A stretch of 64,000 nucleotides of DNA from Lingula anatina (taxonomy: Eukaryota; Animalia; Brachiopoda). The stretch is from the NCBI GenBank assembly GCA_051362555.1, contig CM120641.1, positions 31,812,401 to 31,876,400 on the forward strand, in the 5' to 3' direction. A program made the position numbers and the translations under genes. The notes below the pieces were generated by a model. The model worked only from the letters and a program-made list of their open reading frames with translations, had not been told where the DNA came from and did not search any database. Shown here piece after piece: positions 25,456 through 38,681 of this stretch (positions within the stretch are counted from its first letter, which is position 1; each line of letters begins with the position of its first letter).

Positions 25456-27322
25456 AAAGCTATTTTTTATGCTTTGGCAAGAAACGCCTCGGTTATAAAT
25501 GTGTTGTAAGCAGTTTGCTATAATAAAATACTTTGACTATACAAAATGATATAGAAAAATTAAATCGGCAATTAAGATTTTATAATGTTCCAATGCAATT
25601 AAGTCTTTCAATGTTTCAAGAATTTTACCAGCTGTTTTACAACTTAGTCATACTAACAGACTGTTTTAACCAATAATTAAAACAAGTCCATTTTTGCGCT
25701 CCGATATTTCAGTCTCCGTTGTGTGGCTTATTGCACACCTCAAGTAGAGGTGACACTCACGTCGTTAGCCTAACTTTTTATGTTACTGGAGCATTTTTTT
25801 AATATTGTTGAGGTTTCTTTGTGAAGTCCCAAATATCCTACTTCGTAACAAATTCATTTTTTTTAATTAAAATTTAAAAAATGAAAGAAAATTATCATTC
25901 TGTCCTTCAAACAGCAATCTTAATATTTTTAGCCCATGGCCTATTTGGACATTTCGACAATTCGGCTCATTCATTAGCACTTTTGTTTTATGTTATGTGA
26001 TGTATATTCTGGATTGTCGCGCATATAGGCCGCAGTGTACATGTATAAATGAAATGTGCAATATTTCATGCCAGCACTAGTCGGCAAACATACTTAATGT
26101 GAAAATTAATTGCTGACAGTTTGTGTAGTTCAAAAATATCAATCTTTGACTCCACGTAAACTCTGTCGGCACTTTATGTTCCATTTTTAACCTAATTTAA
26201 TTTAAGTTCCTTTCGTAGCGTTGACGCTTTGCCAGTTAAGGATGCCAGTAAACACCAAAACGCTCTCAAAACTCAATTTCCCCGACTCTCTCAAATCTTT
26301 TATACCATCATCATACCCTCCTCCCATCATTTTTGTGCCGTTTTATATCAACATATTTCCTTTTAATCCAACTACTGAAAAGTTCGTCGACCTTTAATTT
26401 AAACTAAACAGCATGTTGTCATTTCCAATGGCTTATTAGGTCATTTCTTTATGAACATTTCATCCCCCTCCCCGTCTCGCGTTATGTCTTCACTAACACA
26501 ATTAGGTGATATTTGTGGAGTCCGTCACAATCATGGCTGAGACCACATCAAAATCAACACACTGCAGCCTCTGGCTACCCTCTACCAGGGCCATAGATTG
26601 ATTTTTCACTAGATATTCAAAGATGCGTTTCTGGTTAAATAGATGGATAATATCTGTACTGCAAAAGCAAAAAATGTCCACAGCACATTAACTGCGGCCT
26701 TGGTAGAGGGAAGCCTACGGCTCATTTGCCGTATTAACTAAGGTTTGAAATGTCTTCACAGTGACAGAGAACATATTTTGGATTAGCAAGAAAGATTAAG
26801 AGGTTAAAAACGCGTGCGAGAGAGAGAGAGAGTGTGGGGACAGACAAGTTAAAAATAGGTTTAGTCGAGATATTAATAAAATCAAAAACCAAATTAATAT
26901 TAAATATTAAATTCCACTCTGTCGTCTTATGTCGGATATCACTATTGGGGGAGATTATCATTATCAGCGTTCTGCTAAAGCCAGGCTACATTTTTCACGA
27001 TGAAATCGAAATCAATTTGCCGTGTTTATTGCACCGTAAAAGTGTATATGGACAAGCACGTTCGGTACGGGCGCCGTACCATTTGTCCCACAAGACTGAG
27101 GTAAAGTAACGGACACCCCACGAGTAGGGACATATGGGCAATACATGGACACCATGTACGGGCATCGTATACGACAAATGTAACCTAGGATTAGATATCT
27201 GGTAAATTCTTAATATATTTGGTCGGGAATTATGCGTACAGTTTTTGAAATGTTTGTGGGCGCACCTGAGAGAAATTTCGGCCTTAATTTTTTTTTTATT
27301 GTTGTCAAAAACTGTTTGTGTT

Positions 27323-27354
<32 letters not shown>

Positions 27355-27755
27355 GTGGGCAGTGAGTATTACTTGTAGGCTACATGTACAGCCTATGCAA
27401 ATATACATTGCCTTCTATACTACTACTCTAAATACTGCTACTATAACTATCACAGTCGACGACTGCATCTTGTAGGCCTACTACTACATGCACTGCTACT
27501 ACTACTTACACCGCCACAGTTAAGCTGAATCGAGTTTCCAGAAATTTCTTTTAGATGCTGTCGGACAACTTGAAAATATTTGTTCCCCGTGAGTTAGTAA
27601 GACTGTTGTAACGAACTGACCTTTTTGTGTCTCCCTTCCTTTCCCCTACATCCATCCCCGTTATCCTCCCCCTCCCCACCCAACTATATTCCCTGTCAGA
27701 CATTCCAATCATTGCAATGCACGTACATGCTATCTCCCTCCTCTCCCCGTCCCAG

Positions 27756-27894
27756 GTGATGACTTCTCTAACACAATGGGGGCGATATCTGTGGAATCCG
27801 TCACAATCATGGTTGAGACAGCATCAGAATCAGCTGGAGTCTCGCTTGTATTGTTGTAAGGACAGTAGTAACCCCTACCAGGGCCACACAGAGC
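27756..27894 (+). other. Exon-like module of unknown protein; degenerate copies at ~26481-26593 and ~25218-25280
   Basis: Strong acceptor ctccctcctctccccgtcccAG and donor GC|gtaaga; open frame VMTSLTQWGRYLWNPSQSWLRQHQNQLESRLYCCKDSSNPYQGHTE. Confidence 0.35.
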
Positions 27895-29760
27895 GTAAGA
27901 GAGTTACCTAAATGGACCCCCCTCCCTCGCCCTCGACACGGTAGGGTGATAAATTGGCAGCTTTAAAGCGAGAAGTAAAGTTCAGAAGAAATTGCGAAAG
28001 GTAGCAAAAGCCTTTGCAGAGTATTTACGTGTTAAAAGACCTCATAAAGTGAAGAGTTCCAGTTAAATGTACCGCTCAGTGCGAACAAGGTCTAAGTTAT
28101 GTCTGACCATAGAATTATATCCTATATAATTCCCTGGTCTGACGTTATGTGATAGAGTGATACTAGGCGAGCACAGCTTCCGCGGACCCCCTCCCCCCCC
28201 CCCCCCTTCAAATAATCCTGGATCCGCCCCTGTGTTCTTCTTGAGGACTGACTACAGGAAAATTCAGAGGAAAATAAAGGGAGATAACACGTCAGGTTAT
28301 TTGTACCTTAATTGGATCCGCCAGTGATGGTGATGAAAAGATAATAAAATAATAATTATTATAATTATTATTTCACTTAATGTTCCACTTTCTGAAGACA
28401 AAATCCGAATTCATTTTTTTTACCTTCATCTACATGTATAATGTGACAGGAGATCGCAGGGATATTCGACATCCTAGTGCTTACAGTAACGCAAAACCCG
28501 AATCCTTCTGGTATAATTCATGTTTGGCCACAGTGACTACATCAACATCAAAATAACAGAATATGCGCTTAATATTGAATTGCGAAATGTCTGTTTTGTA
28601 AGGAAGAGAAAATAAATTGGATAAAAACTGAGGCTGTCAGCATAATTAAAACCAGGGGTGAGAAACAACAGCGGTAAACCACTCCCTGCGCAGGTGTCCC
28701 GGCCAATTGCTCTAGATAATGCCTGGGATGTTTGTGAAGTTACTTCTTTAGAAATATGTATAAGTGAATGACAGTGATGTGATCATTTGTCTAATGTCAT
28801 TATCCATAAACCGGTTTTGTAGCTGTACATTTTTTTAAAGTTTAAAGTCTCGCTCGTGCATTTCACTTCTAACGGAAAAAGAAATGAAATTCAGAACACA
28901 GATTGTTTTACACAACTAAGCATGTTGTATTTCCTCAACGATTTTTAGGTATCAGTACCCATAATCGGGTCCGTAGCCGAGTTGGGGGGGGGGGGGGGGG
29001 GGTCGGGAGGTTCGAAAGAAAATGTCTGGGGAAATGTCCTCTCTGTGTAAATTTGGTCTATTCTATAAATTTGCACAACAGCCCGAAATTCGATACAATT
29101 TACGTAGGTACACGCAGAGTTGCTTCAGTTTATTTTGTCTCATCACGAATAAAATGTTTTTATGACCGACATGGTTTTTTAAAAAGTCCTCTTTATATCT
29201 TCTGGGCCATAGGCTAGCTGAGGAAAATGCAAGGTGGAGCGGGAGTAAGCCTATATACAGTAACTACTCGCAAAAGATTGGAGGTTATTTGTACCGCTTT
29301 TTGTACACATGTAAACGCCGACTGGAAGAAAAATAAGACACTTTTTATAGACTGGAAAAAAGGAAAATACTTTTACTTTATAAAGATCCCCATTTTCTCC
29401 ACATTTCTCTCCCCTTCCCAGAACGCGTTTTTCTTTTACTGTGTAACCTTTCATTTCTGTTTCTTCGGCGCTCACGTGGTTTGAATATCAATAGCACGAG
29501 GTCATCCTTCACTGGGTATAGACGTTCTGAATGTAATTTATTTGTAGCATTTTCAGTTGGAAAGAAAGATACAGAAATTTGGACTCCGAAATAGAAAATA
29601 AAAAAGCATGCTATTTACTTGCATTTTATCTACTTTTCCTGATTAGAATTCTTTACATCACCCATTTATAATGTACACCTTAGATCAAGTACAATTGTAT
29701 AAGGAAAATTACCACAATTTTTTTAAAAATTTTATTATTCTTTAAATATATTGTTAATTC

Positions 29761-29764
<4 letters not shown>

Positions 29765-29816
<52 letters not shown>
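29765..29816. repeat. (CA)n microsatellite
   Basis: Directly visible; others at ~25417-25452 and ~27327-27353. Confidence 0.95.
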
Positions 29817-29818
<2 letters not shown>

Positions 29819-31561
29819 GGAGATCAAGATATATTATACTCTGCAAATTAAAAATGACAAACCACAAACTGATAATAAAACCAGGAGTTGGAGCAATATT
29901 GAAAAAAAAGATGTATTCTTTGCTATCATTTCATGACAAATTCAGTTATTTGCTGGAATGAAATAAAAATCAATAAGAGTAAAATTAACAGTTAAGATTT
30001 TTGGATAATTTATATATAGTACAAATTTTATGGTCAATTGAAAACCTGGGGCATTCAGCTATAAAATTATAGATAAGAGTTTTGATTTGTGTTTTATCAC
30101 TACACTGTACACTGGGCTTCTCAAGTGCATTCACTATAGGTTTTTAACCTAGCTTAACATGGTGTTACAAGTTATTTATTAAATGATCTCAAGTTACCAT
30201 TTACAATATACTTTTGGACTGAGTACAGTAAGTAAGTAGGGGGCTGATTGGTAAAATATTGTATAAACAATAGCTTAAATTTAACTTGAAACCAGTGCAA
30301 GTGCTGTCCGTGCAACTGTTTAAAAACATGTAATGTAATGTTGGCAATGATAAAAATACATTTCAAAAATAAGTATTATTAAATAAATATTGTAAAGTGT
30401 CAGAAGCATTTATACTTGAAATGTTCTGAAGCTAAGAAAAGTATGCCATTAACAATTTATAAAAAAACATTACTAAAACTGCATTCATTTAATACAAAAG
30501 AAAAATGCTTCCAATAATTGCGTCCTTCCATGTTTCCATTCACTATTTTGAGATTGTTCCAGAGAAATAAACTTAAAAACAACAGAACAGTGTTTCTAAA
30601 CACTTAAATTACAAAAATGCTCAACAGAAGACTGCACTGCAGCTGATGAACTATCACCTAAATGGTGGTAAAAAATCAATCAATTTGAATAGGATGCCAT
30701 CTACATCTTCACTACATTACCAATGTGTGTTAAATAGCGCACATTGCCTTTTCTTATTTTACCCAGGAAATGACAAAGAAAATAGCCATCAATATGTTCT
30801 TTTCAATGATTACTATTCCAAGTTTATTCATTACTGCAAAAAAGGCTTTGTAAAAGACTAAATTATGCAATATAAACAATAAACAAACTTTATGATCAAG
30901 AAATATATTGGTCTATATAGGTATCACATCATTTAGTGAACTGTTCATTGTTCATGTCATAGAGTCTAACTGCCCACATAAGATCACAAAAGATATGAAG
31001 AGCTGTACACTGTGGCCATCAAGATCACTCAGCTTCAAGTACACAGCTTCACACTTAAGTACAGATTTATATTTAAGAGTACACAAGGAAAAATTTTATT
31101 TCAACCAAAACCAGGCTGCATGAAAACTACCAACAGCTAATAAGTTGGATGCGTTTTTACAAATACATAATCTGCATTTCATTGGAGGAATATATATATA
31201 TACAGGAATTAAGCGTATATCACTTCTGGTACTGTCTGGTACACTGTACCATGTATAATTCAGATGAAGAAATGCCATTAATAATTTTGTTCTCAGTTGA
31301 AAATGCCTACTACATAATGTTGATTTTAAACCAGTTGTAATTTTTTCACTGCACTCTATATTGACGGATTGCCTGTTAAGTAAGGTAGAGAGGATAACAC
31401 GTGGCTTTGTTTGCTGGCTGTCCGGCTGGTGCTGCTGTCAGGTAGACTAGTATGACATTGGCTAGATCACAACACTTGGAGTCCAAATGAGAACAGGGGC
31501 AAAGGTGACTGCTTGGGGGGGGGGGGGGGGGTAAACTGATTTTAGTGAAATGTGAAACAAC

Positions 31562-32308
31562 CAAGACTGCCAGCATCATGGCAGGACAAATGAAACTGCC
31601 AGAACATGGAAGGACAACCGATACTGCCAGAACATGGCAGGACAGCTGAGACTGCCAGATTCATGGCAGGACAGCTGAGATTGCCGGCATCATGTCAGGA
31701 CAACCGAGACTGCCAGAACATGGTAGGACGACCCAGACTGCCAGCATCATGGCAGGACGATCCAGACTGCAAGCATCATGGCAGGACAACTCAGACTGCC
31801 AGCATCATGGCAGGACAACCGAGACTGCCAGCTTCATGGCAGGACAACTGAGACTGCCAGCATCATGGCAGGATGACCCAGACTGCCAGCATCATGGCAG
31901 GACAACTGAAACTGTCAGAACATGGCAGGACAACCCAGACTGCCAGCATCATGGCAGGACGGCCCAGACTGCCAGAACGTGGCAGGTTGACCCAGACTTC
32001 CAGCATCATGGCAGGACAACTGAAACTGCCAGCATCATGGCAAGTCAACCCAGACTGCCAGCATCATGGCAGGATGACCCAGACTGCCAGCATCATGGCA
32101 GGGCGACCGAGACTGCCAGCATTATGTCAGAACATTCGTGACTGCATGCTAGAACATGAAAGGACAACAGAGACTGCCAGCATCATGGCAGGACGGCCCA
32201 GACTGCCAGGACGTGGCAGGATGACCCAGACTTCCAGCATCATGGTAGGACGACTGAGGCTGCCAGCATCATGGCAAGACAACCGAGAATGCCACCATCA
32301 TGGCAGTC
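31562..32308. repeat. GC-rich minisatellite, ~26 units of 28-29 bp
   Basis: Consensus agactgccag(catc/aac)atggcaggacaacc(g/c); it accounts for the overlapping repetitive ORFs at 31606-32367. Confidence 0.95.
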
Positions 32309-33835
32309 TGGATCTGAAGCCTAGATTTTTCATGGAGCATGTATCCTATTTCCCGGAAACTCAGTAGTTGGGAGTCCCTGAAATTAGTAGAAGAAAATCA
32401 CATAAAATTTGATTAAGCAATATGTAGATCAATACAGCATCTTATTTTGGCATTTATATGCAAAAATTTATTCAACTTTAAAATAATATGAACATTTTTC
32501 AATTGCGCACTATACAACGACGTCATTCTCGTTCTTTTATACCCTGTACATACTGTTTAACGTCAACGTACTTCTTTAGATTCATAAGATTAATGCGATA
32601 TGAAAAGAGCATGCGGTAAAGGAAAACATTTGGCAGATGGACCATAATGTGCATAAAAATGACAGGATCGAAAAATACGTGTATTAAGTTGGCACGTATT
32701 CACTGGCCAAGCCAGGGTTTTCTGGGGTAGGGGGGCTAAGGAAAATAAAAACAGAAGGCAAGGACACATTAAAGGAATGACAACTGTTCGTATGAGATTC
32801 ATATTTCTCAATAAAAAAAGTTAAAACTCATAGAAATATAACAGACTCAGTTTTACCAACAAAACAGTGATTATTGCAATTATTCTGTAATCCGTGCTTG
32901 CCAAAAAAACACATGGCTGTCTATACCTCCGTAACAATTTCTTAACAGATTATTACAAGAAAAGAACCTTTTTAGGAAAAAAGATGGACTAACTTTGAAT
33001 GTCGGAATGGATTAGTTAAACATTGGTTATTATGGGTATGGGAAAATCGTTGTTTTCCCCAGGTAAATCCTTTCCTTGCCAAAACAACCAGTTGTTAAAC
33101 CCTTAACAGTTATTTGTAGGGCATATTAATGAAAAACTAGCTGGACTTTGTCTTGTTTCATTCCACTCATCCACCCAGCCTGTTGTTTGTACAATGTTTC
33201 TACGGTCATAAGGACTAAAGTGTGAACTGCATCATTTGGGCAAACGTCGTCAACACAAAATAATCTTATATCATGTATATAAGACATATGCAACTTGATG
33301 TCATTTGTTGTGCTAAATGTTTGGCCTACATGTGGCAATTGTAGCAACGTACCCTGAACATCTGCCTTCTCCATCTTCTACTGACCTTGGTCCTATCTGA
33401 ACATCCCTCACCTGATTTACATAATAATGTACAGGTCACCTGTTTTCCGTAAGCAAGCTTCGTTTAAAAATTTTTAGATTTGATAAAGTGTTATGGATCT
33501 CTAACCCGATAGGGTGATTTAGGTTTTCTGGTATCATAATGGCAACAATAACATCTTATGAAGCATAATCCTTGATGTTAAATTATCAGGCTATGCAATC
33601 AGATTTCATTGATTAAATCTAAGATCTAATAAACGGATATATTAGATCTTAGATCGAATGAACGAGCTCTTAACATGTCACCTGCGAGGGATTGTGATAG
33701 AAAAGACAAGATGCATTTATTACCAGCGTGTATACAACGTTAAAAATTTAGAAACAGCGTTCAGTAGGGTCTAGCGTGAGTACAGTTAAGTTAACTGGAG
33801 CTGTCACAGCCAGGATTGACTAAACAGATGTGTTT

Positions 33836-33838
<3 letters not shown>

Positions 33839-33900
<62 letters not shown>
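33839..33900. repeat. (TA)n microsatellite
   Basis: Directly visible; others at ~46523-46555, 54553-54597 and 56490-56555. Confidence 0.95.
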
Positions 33901-33901
<1 letters not shown>

Positions 33902-36360
33902 TGAAATCAAAACTAACCTGGAAATGGAAAGTGTATTTAAAATCAAGGTTTAAACTAAAACCATCCAAAGTTCCTGCATTATATTTCTATGGATTTATTC
34001 ATTATGAAACAATGCCACTGTCATACCGATATATAATGAATAAGTAAGAAAGTGCAAAATATCCTGGTATACATACCTTTTTTGATGATAAAGAAAGTGA
34101 GTGTACCAGTACCACGTATATAGAAACATTCATTTTAACATGAGCAGAGAGTACAAAAATATTACCGTCAATTGTAAAATGCACTAAGTATACAATCAAA
34201 TTAGCAAAAAGTATATTGTCACTTTTCACCCATGTTAGTGTCTCTAATAAGACCTTACAAGGTGACACAGACACAAAATACGACATGAGACGATCAACAT
34301 CTACTCCACCTTTGTCTTTTCTGTTTGTCAAAGTTGACCCTCCTCTCTGCAAGTCTGCATTATAGGAGATAGAAGATACATGTACCTGGCAGGGTCAAAA
34401 ATTGATTTTCAGTAGATTTTCACGGATATAAACGTCACTGACAACGTTTGATGACTGAATCATTCATCAATTTTAAAATCATACTTCTTGTACTTCTAGA
34501 TATTCTTTACAAACATTTGTACGACAAAAGTATGTATTTCTTACATAGGCAAACAAAGCCAGGACGGTCCGAGACTAGAGGCTTTGATTTGGCACTCGCT
34601 CTGATTTTATCTTTGAAAACTGTCCGGTAGCTATGCACCTGCTTGATTGATTTCAATCAAAATATATCATAATTCCGTACTTTTTAACTCTATCTGTCCA
34701 AGCATAGTTTGAGCGTGCACCTATATTTGCAGCAGTCATATTCTCTAATTACTTCAAAATGAACACAATACCATTTCTTTTATACCCTGTGCACACTGTA
34801 ACACACTACATGACTTTAGAGTCCCAAAAACACAGACGCTCTGATTACGTGCAGAAAAAGAGAAGAAAAATTATGTGACAGAGGGATTTCAATTACATAA
34901 GATTTGCAGAACCTAGGGAAAAAGAACAAAATAGTGACTGTATGTCTGTATCACTTGTATATTAAATCGGGGCTTAAGTAAGCTCAGTCTCTGTGTGTAT
35001 TTTAAGGGCAAATTTGGGAAAAAGGAAGCCAAGGAATGAAGTTGCCTCGTACACAATTTTTGAGTGCACTTCTTTTGTTTTCGTACTAAAAGAGAGGAAT
35101 GCCAAGACTCGCCTACCGCCCCCGGTTCCTCTGTTTAAACCCTTTTGACTTATCTGCTGACAAGCCGACTTTACTCGACCGGAGCTCAAAACTACGGAAG
35201 ATTTTTTTACCTAATCTGGGTTATAGAAACAAGTTAAAGATGTTTCTCTATGATTGATTAGTTTTAAAAAATTACCGAGAGAGAAAAAACGCTTCATTTT
35301 TAGTGTCATTTGCGGTATGAAACATTTTAAAATATACTGCACGCAGAATATTAATTGCAAAAAGTATGCCAGGAAATCTATTACATTATACTGTAGTATG
35401 CGCCTTCGGGCAAAATCTTCATAGGATATGCTAGATAAGGCAAAGCAAAGATGATGTTGTAAATTCTGAATTAATTTGTTTTTACTTTAAAAAATAGAAT
35501 AAAATTAATTAGATAAAAAAAGTATGTTTTCAAGTAAATATTCGATCAAATATTAATTCTTATACGGCGTAGCATCCATTTTTTATATAATGACAAGATC
35601 ATTTTTTACCAATCCGATGAAATTCAGTATAAAATATTAAACGAACAACTTCAATAAATTAAACCAAGAATTTCAAGGCTTTGATTAAACCAGCCCGACT
35701 TATTCCACTATTAGTTATTAATTTTCACATGTTATTGAAATCTGGAGTTTTTTTTATACTTATGAAGTACTAGCAATATATGGCAGATAAAAGCTCGAAA
35801 GATTGTTAATGCATTGAATAAAATTGTTTTCAATTTTAATTTGGCAATTTTAATTGTGTAGTTTTTTTTAAAAACAACAGTTTTCACGCACGCTCATGTC
35901 AATATACAGCGACGGGCTACTTATTGCCCCAGCGCTTTATAAGGAAAGAGCCGCTACTGTTCAATTTTACCTGGCCACTAACATCATTATCTCGGCAATT
36001 TTTTTTTCTCCGTAGCTCAAAAAATGACAAGGTTTTACTTTTTATACCATTCGTTTTTTAAAAATGACCCAAAAAATATTCATTGGGTCTAAAAGAACAT
36101 GAGTATGATTAAAGTAATATGTTCGGTTCGTATACAAACTTCCGATTTTGTACGAGCACCAAAGAAAGGATTATGGAGCAACAAATATCGTCAAGAAGGC
36201 TAAATCATGTATAGTCATTTTACATCATATCTAGAAAATAAAACAAAATTGACTGATTTTCAGTACAATTAAAAACGCCCGGGACTCTTTTACGTTGTTA
36301 AATTCCATATACTCTCTCGGTTGAAATAAAGAACCCGACGTTTTTTTAACGCGCTGCAAA

Positions 36361-36363
36361 AAA

Positions 36364-36414
<51 letters not shown>

Positions 36415-36415
36415 A
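36361..36415. repeat. (AAAT)n microsatellite
   Basis: Directly visible; a 44-nt poly(A) lies at 37047-37090 and (AAT)n at 38633-38680. Confidence 0.95.
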
Positions 36416-36598
36416 ATGTTCCCTACCTCCAGAATGTTACGACATGTTTTGTAATAAACAGGTATGAATCAAATTCAAACAAGCTAATTCAACTTTGATG
36501 GAAGCTGCCAAGCGCACACGACTATGAATGACAATTTTTACAAACGTCAAACACAATTACTACAGTCTTCTCTCCAAACATGTAAAACTCCAATATTT

Positions 36599-36860
36599 AC
36601 ATCCTTTGATTGACAAGATGCCAATCAAATTAATAGTTTTGGTAGTTGCTGTCAAGTAATAACAGCTTGATTGGCAGATTATATAAACAAACGTCAATTA
36701 CAATCATTACACAGCGGATCACTATGGTCGACGAGCACGTTTAGTTCAAGCTTCCTACACCCTTTGATTGACAAGGTGCCAATCAAATTCAGTTAGTTTT
36801 GATAGTTGCTGTCAAGTAATAGCAGCTTGATTGGCAGGTTATATAAACAAACGTCAATCA
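36599..36860 (+). repeat. Direct duplication of a ~102-bp module (36599-36700 and 36757-36860)
   Basis: cctttgattgacaag.tgccaatcaaatt...tagttgctgtcaagtaata.cagcttgattggcag.ttatataaacaaacgtcaat occurs twice. Confidence 0.9.
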
Positions 36861-37041
36861 TCGCGCACTGTGATTTCTCTCGCTGTGGAACAGTGAGAAC
36901 GCCGAAAGAAAGCGCTAAAATCTTAAGTTAGGATAGTACAAAATATTTCAAGAGAATATATATATACAACCTGTTTCCAAATCTAGTTCTCTTTCTGAAC
37001 CCTTCAGCGTGTCTAATACGGCACTCTAGATTACAAACTAT

Positions 37042-37092
<51 letters not shown>

Positions 37093-37668
37093 ATTTAGTA
37101 AAAGAAACCAATTTAAAAAACAGATTCAAGTAAAGAAATATGACATTTGACGTTATTCTGGAGGTAGCGCATGTGTCATTTCAAAATTAGTACGACTGAG
37201 TACCCCAGTATGTGCGTGGAAGAAGGAAGAATAAATCTTTTCGCATTATGTGTGGAATATTGACAGATTCTTTTACTATCAAAGTCTACTTTCTGCAAAA
37301 TAATAAATAAAAAATAATTAAATAAAAAAAATAATAAAACGATACTAATTCATCTTCCTTAAAGGTGACATTCGTGTTGTGGTTGAGGTAAGTGGTTTAA
37401 TTTTTACGTGGCTAAATGTAAGCAAGGACCTGTGATAATAAGTGGGTGGGAAACAAAAATATTACTGTAAACAAAACTATTACTGTGAGCAACTCTGTAG
37501 ACTTTTTCATGCGCGTCGTCCATTCTTATTTCACAAACGAACTGCTACTTCGCTCTTGTCACTATTATGTTAGTTGATTTTACTGAAGTAAAGCGTGGAT
37601 AAAACAGGCCCTCACAGTGCCGTTGTTTTTGCGAGTTCACCTGCTGGGGTTAAGTGGAGGGGCGAGGG

Positions 37669-37971
37669 CAGTGGCGGATCCAGGATTATTTGAAGGAAGG
37701 GGGAAGGGGGGTCTAGAACGACAGGCCTCGGATGCGAAGCCGTCCATCGCCCACTTGGTGTGGGGTTTGAGGCCTGCTCAACGGTTCCGACAATAATGGT
37801 ATTTGGAGAGCAAACAGTGCCCTTTGGTAAGGTTTATAACTATGATAGCATGTCAAAAATTCTAATTTCAAGAGGGGAATATTGGTGTGATATATTTTTC
37901 AGAAACCGAAGTGGGGGGTGGGGGGGGGGGAGGGGGGGGTCCGAACCCCACCACATCTAAATCCGCCAATG
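37669..37971. mobile_element. MITE (~300 bp) with CAGTGGCGGATC-type termini; a related terminus lies at ~28181-28232
   Basis: cagtggcggatccaggattatttgaagg...ctaaatccgccaatg with G-rich subterminal tracts; 28206-28232 (cttcaaataatcctggatccgcccctg) is the near-exact reverse complement of the left end. Confidence 0.6.
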
Positions 37972-38630
37972 TGAACTGTATTTCAGGGAATTATTTGCTA
38001 CTTTTTGTCATTCATTTTCAGTTATGTGCTGTTGGTATTGTTGCACATACTCATCGTTTTTCCCCTTAATGGGGATATCCTCTTGATGGCATCCACAGTC
38101 ATGGTGCTCATGTAACTCTTCTAAGGTCATTCATTTATCTAATTCTTGTTCCCACTTAATTTTCAAAGCAATAGCTGTGTTTTTAAAAATTAATAATCTT
38201 GCACTTTATTTTATCTATCATTTCAAATATTTTCATATGTCATTTAAATCAAAAAGGGCCTTGCTTATAGATACTTATAAAACGACTGTGAAGTCATAAA
38301 ACATCTTTAATATACTCAACTTTCAGCGAAATATGAAAATTATTGTATAACAACAGTATAGGAATTTCGAATGTAGTCTCCAAGAGGCATTTAAAATTTT
38401 TTTATTTCTTATCTGTAAAATTCAGATCAGAAGAGGATAATTTTACATAATCACCAGTGACAATAATAAGTGATGACAACATAATTTAAAAATCTCAGAA
38501 GTCATGAATAAAAAATATGATATAGTTGTCTGCTATACAGTCTCCATAATGACCATATACTGTGAAATGAGAAATGCACAGTTACCTTTCATTATTAACA
38601 CCAATTAAACAATGACATAAATTTAGTACT

Positions 38631-38681
<51 letters not shown>

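Larger units (their letters stand above)
31096..34638 (-). other. Candidate spliced orphan gene or lncRNA (putative exons 34638-34545, 34354-34259, 33411-33353, 31434-31096 plus UTR)
   Basis: GT-AG boundaries, compatible phases and one frame open for ~195 codons; no recognisable homology; AATAAA on the minus strand at 29731-29736. Confidence 0.25.

Noticed and set aside
26474-27820. Box C/D snoRNA reading of the repeated module (GTGATGA in copy 3, CTGA plus gtc/gac stem in copy 2)
   Set aside because: No single copy has both boxes intact, homology extends well past the putative D box, and the divergence pattern fits codons better. Not fully excluded without a snoRNA search.
31562-32367. CRISPR-like array or repetitive protein ORFs
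   Set aside because: Units are head-to-tail with no unique spacers, there are no cas genes and the context is eukaryotic; ORFs appear in several frames simply because the unit lacks stops.
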